Position numbers and translations under genes: made by a program. The notes below the pieces were generated by a model that did no database searches, was not told the DNA's origin, and saw only the letters and a list, made by a program, of their open reading frames with translations. Shown piece by piece: positions 38,663 to 50,153 of a stretch of 64,000 nucleotides of DNA. Location of the stretch: contig MU061579.1 of assembly GCA_013265495.1 (NCBI GenBank), forward strand, positions 3,221,319 to 3,285,318. Reading direction: 5' to 3'. Position 1 is the first letter of the stretch; the number at the start of each line of letters is the position of its first letter. The stretch comes from Vicugna vicugna. Lineage: Eukaryota.

Positions 38663-39180
38663 TGTGTGAATGAAAAATATTGCCAGCCATATCGGTAAAC
38701 AACGAATGCTGAGGCCATTAAGTCATCAGCTGCTACAGCCACCCTATAATGAACAGAAGGAGCTCAGAATGCAGACAAGCAGGCAGCCAGCCTCTGCAGC
38801 CACCCCCAGCGGTGCACCCTAAGGGAACTCATGATGTGAAAGAATAGGAGACTGACCCTAGATAGCTAGGTGCATATAAAAAGAATGATTTCAATGAGCC
38901 TGGAACTTTGCACCTTCCCTAAAACAGAAAAGTGCTAAATTCTTTAACTTGAGATATCTGGTTTTCTTTAATTAAAAGCAATCTTTTGATGTTCTGACTA
39001 CCTGGTCTTTGTTGTAAAAAAAATCCTATATATCCTGGCTCCTCCCTTACCTCTTCAGAGCAATTTGCAGGTAGTTCAGAGCGATCTGAGAGGCTGTCAT
39101 CCTGGGCTGAGTCCTCAGAAACTTTGCTGAATAAAACATAACTCTCAACTTTCAGGTTGAGCATTTTATTTCAGTCGAAC
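38663..39180 (+). mobile_element. ERV1-class solo LTR, adjacent to or inserted in a MIR
   Basis: TATA cctatata, polyA signal ctgaataaaacataactctcaactt, terminus tttcagtcga. Homologous to the 6247-6706 LTR and followed directly by a MIR 3' half. Confidence 0.8.
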
Positions 39181-39182
39181 TA

Positions 39183-39315
39183 TATCATCTGTGAAAAATT
39201 AATAGAGCTACCCTTACCTCTTAGAGTTTACTGCGTTAAATAATTCATATGGCACACTTAACTCAGTGTCTGAAAAATAGTAAATCCTCAAAAATGTTAC
39301 TCATTATTAATTATC
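39183..39315 (+). mobile_element. MIR SINE 3' half
   Basis: catctgtgaaaa..acctcttagagtt..cacttaactcagtgtctgaaaaatagtaaatcctcaaaaatgttactcattatta. Confidence 0.7.
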
Positions 39316-41669
39316 ATTATCACTGACATTTAAAATCATTTTGAATTAAATGGTAAGTCTTCCTTAAAATAACAAAATATGAAAGCATATAATATCTAAC
39401 GGGACTGGATCAGTGTTTAGGTGGATTTTGTCAGAAAGACCATCCATGGTTGTAGGATCATCTTGTAAGAAATAAATTTTGAGCCATGTTTGGCTGAAAC
39501 ACTGGTACATGATTGGCATGTAAGATGTGTAATGCTCTTGAAATCAGAGCAATAATGGGAGAGTACATGGAACATATTGAAGCAAGTGAATTCTCAAACA
39601 CCAAGCAGCTAAGCTCTGCTAGAAATATGGCATCAAATTTGTATTCATAATTTATATTTTATAACCCACCTGCTACCAACAGTAGCCGGAGGTATTAGGA
39701 GAAATATATTGCTTAGTAATAACAGTTAATGCCGGAGACAGAGAAAGTCAACAAAGGACCATCCTTGATTACTTTGAAGTAGATTACGAATTTTAAAAAG
39801 GTGGCCACATGTGGGCATGTATTATAAGCTGCAATGCTTTGAAAAAAGATTAATATGGTAATATCAATAACTGTATAATGCCAAAGTAGTGACTACCAAC
39901 GAGGAAGAAAAATCACTGGTATTGGACTATAGGAGAAAATTACAGGAGAAGAAGCCTGTAACGATAGTTTGGAGGAAATTTTGATGTGATGCATTTACAA
40001 TGAAGAAAGGTGATGATGAATTCACACACAGAAGTAAATAAATAGAAGAAGTTAAACTCTCTAACATCCTGTGCCTCTTGTATTGTTTTATCCTCAATAA
40101 TCAAAGTTTAAGATAATTAGGCATGTTGGTTAAACACATACTATTCATTAATAAAGTAATTACCATAGATTTCCAGAGTAAGGTAAGAGTCTATATCTTA
40201 ATACCTGATTTACTACGCAAGGACATTACGTTCTTTAACTCCTTATTGCAACTCATGAGCATTGCTGGAATTTAGCTCACAGAATTACGGGAAAGATTAC
40301 TTGAAGTTATGTTACACAAAAAGGAGTTAAGAAGCTGATTGCTTATAATCATATGATACCGATTAGTGTTTCACTAACACTGATTATTAAGGAGCGCAGT
40401 GTGACTTACGTTTCCATTTTCACTTAACACGTTTTATCTACGTGTTTAGTTGTTTATGGATGTGAGAATTTATTTAGCCATTCACTGAGATCTCAGTTGT
40501 AGCTCTGACATTCCTGACTTATCTGAGCTTTTTCCACCTCAAGATTAAGGGAAAAGAAAAATTACCATTCCTCAAGGCACTAAATTACTTTCAGTGTTAC
40601 AATTTCTAGTCCTTTGTCTCTCCTTGATTCTCTGACATTTTTGTCATGTCTCCTCTTTGTAGTGCACTTAAGCAGAGCTATTTTGATTAAATAACTCCCC
40701 AAGAGGACGGAGATTATAATACAATGGTCTTGCAAACAGGTTACTCTTGAGTACATATTGCCATTATGCAGTGCAGATATAACATCAGTATTTCATAAAT
40801 TCATGTTGCTATGAAATCTGCCAAGTAGATGAATATCTCTTTCATTGTTCCTGACATCACTGAATTATAAATAATAAAGTGAAGCTCAAATTGTTTATTT
40901 GCAATGGAACAGCTCTGAGAGAAATTTCAGTTATCAATGATATAGGAACCTCAAGAAAAGACAGGAACTTTAAAATTACAGTGAACACCATCTAAAATAA
41001 TTCCCCTTAAATTGGGCAATTGCTCAAAATTGCCATAAATCAATTCTCCAAATCCAATAGAGATAAAATGAGTGGTGAGTACATTCTTACTCAATTCACT
41101 TTTTTTTTTTTTCAGATTCAATCTGCTTCAGTGTTTTGGAATTAAGATCACACTAGATGACTGGATGGGTGAAGTAATTACCAATTAGCACAGTTTCACC
41201 AGGGCAGGGCCCTTCACTACTTGTCAGGTTCTTTATTCGTCTGAGACATTGGTTTGCACTTTTTGAACAGCTCCCAGGAGCAGTATTCTTCCTTCCTTAT
41301 GTCAAATGATCACTATCGTTACACACTTGGAAAACTTCAGATATTAAAGTAAAACATGGGGCAATTTAATTGTCTTAAGAATTGGACTTTTAAAGTAAAA
41401 TAAAGCCAAAAATAGAATTTTTATCAGTGCGATTAATTATGAATCTCTTCCCACTTTTCATGTAGTGTTAGCCTTTTAGTAAAGATCATTGTTTGTTAAA
41501 TCTTTAGCACATAAAAGGCCAATGAAGCCTGAGTTCAGCTTTAAAATTCCCATTTTATATAACTAACTTACTCCCCTGGCTTCAGAAAAATTAAAAATTC
41601 TTGACAGATTAAAATGTAAGCAAAACTACAAAGTTTCATTTATGCCAGAATAATAAATTCTATAGATCA

Positions 41670-41890
41670 AATATATGACAGTGTGACTATATTAACAATA
41701 TTGTTCCGTATCCTTGAAACACACACAAAAAATAGGAAAATAGTAACTACATGAGGTGATGGATATGTTAATTAGCTTTCTAGTGGTGAATATTTTACTA
41801 TATATGCATATCGAATCATCAAGTTGTACACTTAAATATATACCATGTTTACCTGTCAGTTATACCTCAGTAAAGCTGGGAAAAATTAAA
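41670..41890 (+). mobile_element. L1MA9/10-like 3' end fragment
   Basis: gtaactacatgaggtgatggatatgttaattagctt...aagttgtacacttaaatatatac...tatacctcagtaaagctgggaaaaa. Confidence 0.85.
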
Positions 41891-44362
41891 GTAAGGGAAG
41901 CTGTAAGTCAATGACAAAGTACAACAAACTTATTTCTTTGAGGAACAAATCACTCAGAAACTATTCTGTGATGCATATTTTCTCAAAATGCTTCCTTTTG
42001 AAAGACAAAAGTCCACAAGTCCTTTTAAGTGTATTAATTTGAGCAGAACCTGGTGGTTGGTTTTGAGAGAATAACACACTTTGTTAAGAAGTTAAGAACT
42101 TAGATTTTTTTTTTTTAAATCTCCTTCTTGGGTTAGGGCTAACAACAGAAACCAAAGAGAATGACAACAGAATTGTAGAGCTAGTTATAGGAAATAAAGA
42201 CATATCTTTGATCATTTAGCCAATTAAAGTTAAAAATAAAATCTGGAGGTTTATTTTACTTGCTATTTTCTTTTACCTAAAACTAGTAAGTTCATTGTGG
42301 CTGTGTATCTATCTAGTTTTACATAATTTTTTTTGTCTGGAAGGACATACTTTACTTATTAAATAAGGCATTTCCAAATTTTCAGCAATTTAGGGAAAGG
42401 AAAGTGAATAAGCATTCAGATTTTTCCACTAAAATAAATGCCAAGTACATTTAACTAAAACATTTGAAACGTACACTTAGTTTCTAGAATTTTCTGAACT
42501 GTGATTCTATATTAATGATGAATAAGATCCATAGTAAGGTGGAGAAAGTAGTTGCCTCAAGGATAAAATTATTTATTTATTTATTTTTGAAAAAAAAAAA
42601 GAAAAGAAAAGGCTTCTGTATCCTGATTCAACCCAGTTGACAGGCCAATACCGAAACCGATTAACTTCACTTTCATCAATCCTTCATCATTTTCCCTGTG
42701 ATCCCATAGCTATTATAGTCTCTTTTGACTTGACCAAACAAGAAAACTGAAAAAGAACATTTACAGTATATCTAAATTAATGAAACCAGGGGTAGAAAAA
42801 GAAGCACTGTGCCACTTGAGATATTTTTGTTCTCATAAAAGATAGAGGTGCTCATGAGGTCAAGAGCTCTTTTGGTTATAACTTCCAAGCATTCTAGCAA
42901 TAAGAAAAAAAAAGTTCTATATTTTACCATACTTCTTAAAATTCTTCTTTTTTTTTTTTTAACTATTCTATTTGTAGCACTCTTGAAAATACAATAGACA
43001 CCAAAAAAACCAACTTTTGCTTTTCTCTTGACTGACTATAAAAATTCTGAATATTTTCAGAAAATCTCTTATCATTTATCATTTTGCTGTCAGTCTTTGT
43101 AAAATGACTATTGAAAATGTTCTGCATATTGTGTGTTTTACGTACATTTTACACTTATTTTCACATGAAAATTTTTTCTCTCAATTTATTTCATACCAAC
43201 ATTGAAATATGTCAAGAAAAATTTTAAATGTGTAGAAAACGGTATTAAAATTCATATATTGAGATAGTTATCATTTGATTTTCCATTGTCATTGTTAATT
43301 TCATGATACTTTAAATCTTAGGTAAGATTTTATCTAATAAAATTTCATTCCCTATATAAAATATGATGTAATGTCATTAACTTTATAGCAGAATTGTTTT
43401 AATATACTAATATTGCAAACCCAGAGTATTTAAAACTGTAGGACATTTATTCTAAAGCTGTGACTTTAAGATTTTTAATCTCTCTGGGTTTTAAAAAAAA
43501 ACTATAACTTCAAATTTTATCATGAATACACAAAGTTAAAAGTAAAAATCAAGGTTAGAAATGGAAGCTAAAGTTACTAAAGTTTATACAAGTATCCTTT
43601 GCTCTAAATAAAATTGTGATTAAATATCATTTCTTAGGGAAAAGAATTCACAGATGTTCTATGTGCTTAAGAATATCATTTTGATGCTGGTACTAATTGG
43701 TAGATTGTTTTTGTTTTTCACTCTTTCCATCCTCTTTTTTTCTTTTTTATTCTGAATACATATGTATTCAATTAAAGCAGAGTTATGTGAAATAATCCAC
43801 TTTTCAGAAGAACTATTATTTCATAAGTGACAATATTTATTAGTTCCTATCACATTCAGAATCTTTTTTTGTAAGTGAACATTCCTAGCATGTAAAACTA
43901 TGTAGCAAAATAAAACACTTTTACAATATTATCAGTGTTACTGTTATTATTATAAAACTTTTATAATATTGTGATACATTTAAAAATTAAGAAAACAATC
44001 ACATCATATATGTCTATATTCTCAGTGAAATAACTCATTTTTCCACACATTTCCTTTCAGACTCGTCCCACATGCATGTTTTACATTGTCACTTCCAGTT
44101 AATACTTTTGTTTTCATTTTACATTTGACCACAGATATTTTTTTCCCTGTTTTCCAATTTCTATTCCTGGCTTATGATCTTAACACTGATCTTTCAGTAT
44201 TAAGGCTGTTACTCACCGGTTTGGCTCTGCTCATTGGGAGAATTCACAACTGCCCAGCCAGCCTCAGAGCAGCAGCATTCTTTCCCCCCACCCCCCAACG
44301 TAAGTGACCATAGACATTCCCTACTGCTTTCCAGTTTAGGGTAAATTTTAGCCCACTGATGT

Positions 44363-44898
44363 TGAAAGGTAGCAAAATATGCCACTTTGTTATATTGCTT
44401 ATTTTGCGCTGAAGGCAGTTAAAAACTAGCAAGTACTGGGTGAAGGTTTTTTTTCTGAATTCTTCTTATCTGCCTAAAGACAGATTGATCAAAAGGAATT
44501 CAAGTTGTCATAAATTGCCTCCTGGGAGTTTCATCAACCAGGGTAGACTGACTCATCACAGGAGAGGAGACTAAAGTTTGTTACCATACCCAAACTTTGT
44601 CACAAACTATCATATCTCCCATCTGTCCTTCTAAGGGCCTGTTCATCTTTCTTAAAAATCATTTACTCTCCCCTAGGAGGCCTATATCCTTTTCCTCCTT
44701 CCCAACAAGGTGTTTAAGCCTGAATTCTAAGCCACCTCTTTAAATTACCAATTTTTCTTTAGGTATCTCCCATGTACACATGAGGTATACATGCTAATAA
44801 ACTTCTGATTGTTTTTCTCCTGTTAATCTGCCTTTTATCACAAAGGGTCTCAGCTAAGAACTCATAGCTTGAAGGGGAAAATATTTTTCTTCCCTACA
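44363..44898 (+). mobile_element. MER34-like ERV1 solo LTR (536 bp)
   Basis: Starts tgaaaggtagcaaaatatgccac and ends tttttcttccctaca. It has aataaa at ~44796 and a 4-bp TSD atgt (44359-44362, 44899-44902). Confidence 0.85.
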
Positions 44899-44984
44899 AT
44901 GTTTATGTGTTAAATTATTACATCCTTTGCTCTAGTATCCTATATAACCACTATCTTCTGGCACTGTCTTCAAGGAAATACATA

Positions 44985-45800
44985 AAAATTAAACCAAACT
45001 TATTTTTCTATTTTTTAAAATAATAACAATTCTTAAACTTAATTTAAAAATATGATTTACAATAGTATCAAAACTACAAAATACTGCTGTATAAATCTGG
45101 TAAAAATTAAAATCTCTAAAATAGCCCAAATGACACTGAAATAGAACATAGTTGGAGGGCAAGCACAGTCTAATTTTTACACATATTATAAAGCTATAGT
45201 ACTCAAGACAGAGTGGTACAGAAGTTAAGATAAACAAATTAATGGAATAGGGTGCTTAAAAATAGGCTTATTTCAGATTTTGTTTTCAAACTTTTGACAA
45301 CTGATTTTTGTCAAAGGCAAAATGGCCATTCATTGAGCAAGGCTTGTCTTTTCAATGAATAACACTCAAATATTTGGATAATAATTTGTAAAAAATATGA
45401 AATTTAATCCATATTTCATACTACTACAAAATTAACTCAAGATGGATCATAGATCTAAATGTAAAACCTAATGCTACAAAACTTCTAGGAAAAACACAGG
45501 AGAAAATCTTCATCTTGGGTTATGCAAAGATTTCTTAGCCAAGACACCAAAAGCACAATCCATTTTTCAACAAAAATTTTTAAAAGGGAGAGAAACTAAG
45601 AATGTTTGCTCTTTGAAAGACACTGTCAAAAGAACTGACTGGAAAAAAATGTTTGCAAAGTATATATTGGATAAATAAATTGTACTTCAAATGTATAAAA
45701 AACTTTTAACAGTCTATATAAAAAAATAACCCAATAAAATGGCAAAATATTTAATATTTAATTTAATATTTACACAGAAACTTTACCAAAGAAAATCTCC
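44985..45800 (+). mobile_element. Old L1 ORF2 fragment
   Basis: tataaagctatagtactcaagacagagtggta, aaaattaactcaagatggatcatagatctaaatgtaaaaccta, aaaacttctaggaaaaacacaggagaaaatcttc. Confidence 0.85.
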
Positions 45801-47135
45801 TGTGTATTGGTTAGAGTTTAATCAAAGGAAGAGTATACTACATTCAGGGAACTTCAGGTTGTTTTAATTATGTTTCTATCATTCAGATCTAAAAATTTAA
45901 ACATACTTCTACTGATTTCTTGTTGGACTTTATAAAGATGAGACAAGTAGACTGGTTTCCAAATAGATAATTTGGTTAAACAACAAGAAAAAAAGAGCTG
46001 GCTCATTAGTTAATAAGAGTTCATTAAATTTGTAGTTCATATATAATATCCGTACTTCAAAGTAGGCATTTTTGGAGACCACAGTTAGTTGGGAAAAATA
46101 AAGGAAAACTTGATTTTCTTGAAACAATACAATACCATATTTACATTAGTTTATACCACTTAATTAATCCCCCTTAGTTTTATTGCCAACATGAGTACTT
46201 TTATATTGCAGAGTCCAAACAAAAAGCAAGATATTTGGCAAAGTTACCAAGTGGGGAATATTTGCTGCTCAAAGCTGTATATTTGATCAAAAGCCTTTTA
46301 AATTGAATCTGATTTTTAAAATTGCTATTATTCCCTTTTTTCATCAACTTTGCTTGAATAAATTTTAGTCATTTAGGAACACAAAAAGCTAAATGGTTCC
46401 CAGTGTTTTATTTAGTACAGACCTTAAGCTTTTGGGAGTGATTTTATTTTTTTATTCCAGATATAGTCATGCTGATGCTATTTGTCATGGACCAAAACTG
46501 GACAGTTTTGTGTTTTAAAGCCAGCCCTTTCTATCAATCATTCTGAAAGAACAATGAGATTAGCACTGCTGGCTTCACATTATTGGTTATTCTTAAAGTT
46601 ATGATTCCAAAAGTTCAATGTGATAACATAACCTTATTTCACTGATCAAAAGGTTAAGGAAAAAAGTTAACACTTTTTATCAACTCACCAAACAAATTTT
46701 GGCATAGCCAAATTGCATGTTAATTCAATATATTGTTTTTCAAATTTTCAAATATATTTTGAAATTAGAAAACTATTAAAATTTAAATTGTATTTAGTTT
46801 TCTTTTTCTTTAGATTTATTGTATTTACTTTTCTCCATGTAATGTAGTAGTAAGAAACAGCATCACAATACTACTTTATTTTGATCAGTATAAGATATTC
46901 ACAATTAATGTTACAAAGTTAAGTTTTAAACCTCTAAGCCATGTTCCCCCCCAAAATTTGAATTAGTGGCATGATAAATGAATTATGCTATCCTTTCTCT
47001 CTATTACATCCACTTACACATACAAGGCAAAATCTGGAGAGCCAAAACTCCAGGTATTTTCATTATTATTAATAAAATTTTAATGTTCTCTAACCATAAC
47101 AGCAATGTGCTATCTTTTGTAATATAAGAATTATG

Positions 47136-47194
47136 TTTGACACAACATTGTAAAATGATTATAAATCAATAAAAAATTTAAAAAGTTAAAAAAA
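47136..47194 (+). mobile_element. Extremely truncated L1 3' terminus (59 bp) with perfect TSD
   Basis: gacacaacattgtaaaatgattataaatcaataaaaa..A-tail flanked by aagaattatg (47126-47135 and 47195-47204). Confidence 0.8.
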
Positions 47195-47384
47195 AAGAAT
47201 TATGAGACACAATCCTTGAACACATATATGCAACTTCAAGGTTCTTCTTCAAACATTTGGATATCAAAAAACATTTTTGGAAAAAAATGAAAAATATCAA
47301 CATAAGTTACCATCTTTTAAATTTTTGTGAAAGACATCAAAATGTACAAACAAAATATTACTGTTCAATAGTACTATTGCTTGA

Positions 47385-48445
47385 TAGAAGCAACAGGGAG
47401 ACTTGGTCAAAGGATACACATTTTGTTACAAGACAAACAAGTTCTGAGGATCTAATTTAGAGCACAGTGACTATAGCCAACAATATGGGATTACAGTTTG
47501 GTGCAGCCATTATGGAAAACAGTATGGAGATTCCTCAAAAAACTAAAAATAGACCTCACCAACAGATCCAGCTATCTCACTCTTGGGCATATATCCAGAG
47601 GGACTTCTAATTTGAAAAGATACATATCACCCTAACATTCATAGCAGCACTATTTACAATAGACAAGACATGGAAACAATGTAAATGTGCATCGACAGAC
47701 TACTGTATAAAGAAGCTGTGATATATTTATATAATGGAATACTACTCAGCCATAAAAAAGAATAAAACAATACTGCTTGCAGCAATATGGATGGACCTGG
47801 AGATCATTATTCTAAGTGAATTAAGCCAGAAGAAAGAGAAAGAAAAATATATGATATCACTTTATGTGGAATTTAATAAAAAAAAAGAAGAAAGGAAAAA
47901 GAAGAGACTAATGAACTCATCTACAAAACAGAAACAGATTCACAGACATAGTAAACAAACCTAAGGTTACCAGAGGGGAAAGGAGGAAGGAGGTAGGAAG
48001 GGATAAATTGGGAGTTTGAGAATTACTAATATTAATCACTATATATAAGATAGATTAAAAAATACAAATTTCTTCTGTATAGCCATGGGAACTATATGCA
48101 ATACCTTGTAGTAATTTATAATGAAAAAGAATATGAAGACAAATACATGTATGTATATGAATGATTGAAACATTATGACATATACCAGAAATTGACACAT
48201 TATAACTGATTATATTTCAAAAAAAAATACTGTATTATGTACTTGAAGTTGTTGAGAGAGTAGATCTTAAATGTTCTCATCATACAAACACAAAATAATA
48301 AGGTAAATATGTGGGGCAGTAGATTAGTTAACCAGCCTTATTGTGGTAATAATTTTGCAATGTATGTATGTATATCAAATTATCAGGCTATACACTTAAA
48401 CTTATACAATGTTATATGTCAAGTACATCTCAATAAACTGGATGA
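47385..48445 (+). mobile_element. L1MA9-like 3'UTR split by a younger L1
   Basis: ttggtcaaaggatacaca..aagttctgaggatctaa..cagtgactatag (left part) resumes as aatactgtattatgtacttgaagttgttgagagagtagatcttaaatgttctca..ctcaataaactgga (right part). Confidence 0.85.
47494..48227 (+). mobile_element. 5'-truncated camelid-type L1 (ORF2 end, 3'UTR, polyA)
   Basis: tttggtgcagccattatggaaaacagtatggagattcctcaaaaaactaaaa. Translation MEYYSAIKKNK..AAIWMDLEIIILSE. Same family as the L1 at 23095-24085. Confidence 0.93.
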
Positions 48446-48791
48446 AAAGGGAATAGGGAATTTTTAAACCAAAAAAATGGGAAGAATACGTATTTTTTAA
48501 AGTGAATTTGTATTTAAAATTCACCTCATCCTTATTCCTCTCCTTTGTCAGCATACATGGACAAATAAAACAAAGGAACAAACTAACAAATATATTGCCA
48601 TTGATCAGCATAGCATTTAGACAGCAAAAGAACCATGGTAATCATGCATTCACCTTCCAATTAAGCCTTCTCTCTGTTGCCCCTGTTTTACAGGTTCTAA
48701 TTTGTACAGCTGCCCATTGGCAAGTTACACTCTGTGACTTTTGACTTAATGTATTTTTCATTGAGTGGTTTTAGTTTCACAGAAGTAAGTA

Positions 48792-49005
48792 CACTTACTT
48801 CTCCTTATCAGCATCCATGGGGCTAGGTCCCAGGAGGCTCAAGGATATTAAAATCCATCAGTGCTCCAATTGGCCTTTCCTATCCCATCTGCAGCCTCAG
48901 CATCCGGCATCCACAGATTCAACCAATATGGATCGGTACTATTTTCCATCCCGGGCTGGTTGAATCTGCACGTGGGAAACTGGTGGATACAGAGGGCTGA
49001 TTGTA
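48792..49005 (+). mobile_element. MER2-like TcMar-Tigger DNA transposon fossil
   Basis: gcatccacagattcaaccaa..ggttgaatctgcacgtgggaaactggtggatacagagggctgattgta (Tigger-type terminal inverted repeat followed by TA). Confidence 0.75.
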
Positions 49006-50081
49006 CAATTATCTTCTCCATGTTAGACCATCTTGACACAGTCTTTACATTTGTGTTATTTAGCATAGCTGGAGGTAAAAATGACAATACATGGAAACTC
49101 AGTCCTCTAACCATTAAAATATACACTATGCATTACATCGTCTTTACCTTTGACTCCATTTCACATTCCTTTATTTTCTGATTACAGCTAATAATACGAC
49201 TTTCTCCATGATTTGCATTTATGAGAACATCCAATGTGAATATAAGAAATACTTCTGTGACTTTTCTATTTTGGAGCTGGAAGAACTTTATAAACATTAT
49301 ATAATGAATTCTCACAAAACTCAAGGCAAAGTTTAATATTCTCGTTTTATAACCAGGGAAATGAGAACAGAATGCTAAAGTTACTTACTGAAATGCATTA
49401 GATCAAGTGGCTGCCAGACCTAGGCTGAGCACTTTTAGTGTGAGCCCAGATTTGTAGATGCTGTAAATGAACTATATGTTAGAAGGATTACGGAGTATCA
49501 TTTGCAATTAATGTGCTCAGAGTTCTTGAAAGGATTATATCCTGTGCTTTGTATAAGCTGCTGAATAACATGGTGTAACTTTTGGAAGGAATTGCAACCT
49601 TGGTAAATTTCATTATAAGATAACACAAACCACAAGGTTTTTTCATTCTCCTTTTTCCTTACTTTTTTTGCATAAATCAGTGATTTTTGAGCTGAATTTC
49701 ACATATCACTGAATTCCACATTCTATTTTTCATATTTCACTTCTCACATTCAAAGGAGGAAATTCAGTTACTTGAGTAAAGCTCATACAAGTGATAGAAT
49801 TTTTTTTAAAGATACTACAATATACCAATATTTGTGGATAGAAAGGGACAGATTTCCTTATAAAACTGATTTTATTTCCACTCAATGTAGCTACAGTTAT
49901 AGGGAAGGGGAAAATAATGTCTTAATAATGTGAAACTGATTTCAAAAACAGTTTACTCCATGCTGACCTAAGCAGATGAAAAATCTACCTTAAATGAGAA
50001 GCTAATACAGAAGCATGAAGTTTGGAAAACATTTTTTCTCATTTTCGATATGTCCCCTCTAGCTAATCAAGGATGGAGATT

Positions 50082-50153
50082 CCAGTAAAAAGAGCAAAAA
50101 GAAGGGTAATAAAAAGGCCAGTAAAGAGAGCAAAAAGAAGGGTAATTAAAAGG
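50082..50153. repeat. 36-bp tandem duplication (2 copies, 2 mismatches)
   Basis: ccagtaaaaagagcaaaaagaagggtaataaaaagg / ccagtaaagagagcaaaaagaagggtaattaaaagg. Confidence 0.95.

Noticed and set aside
6247..39180. Giant provirus bounded by two similar LTRs
   Set aside because: The LTRs are too divergent, share no TSD, and the interior is ordinary ancient genomic DNA without gag/pol/env.
44199..44305. Possible + strand exon (ctttcag ... aac|gtaagt)
   Set aside because: Isolated splice-like motifs occur often by chance, and there is no coding homology or partner exon.
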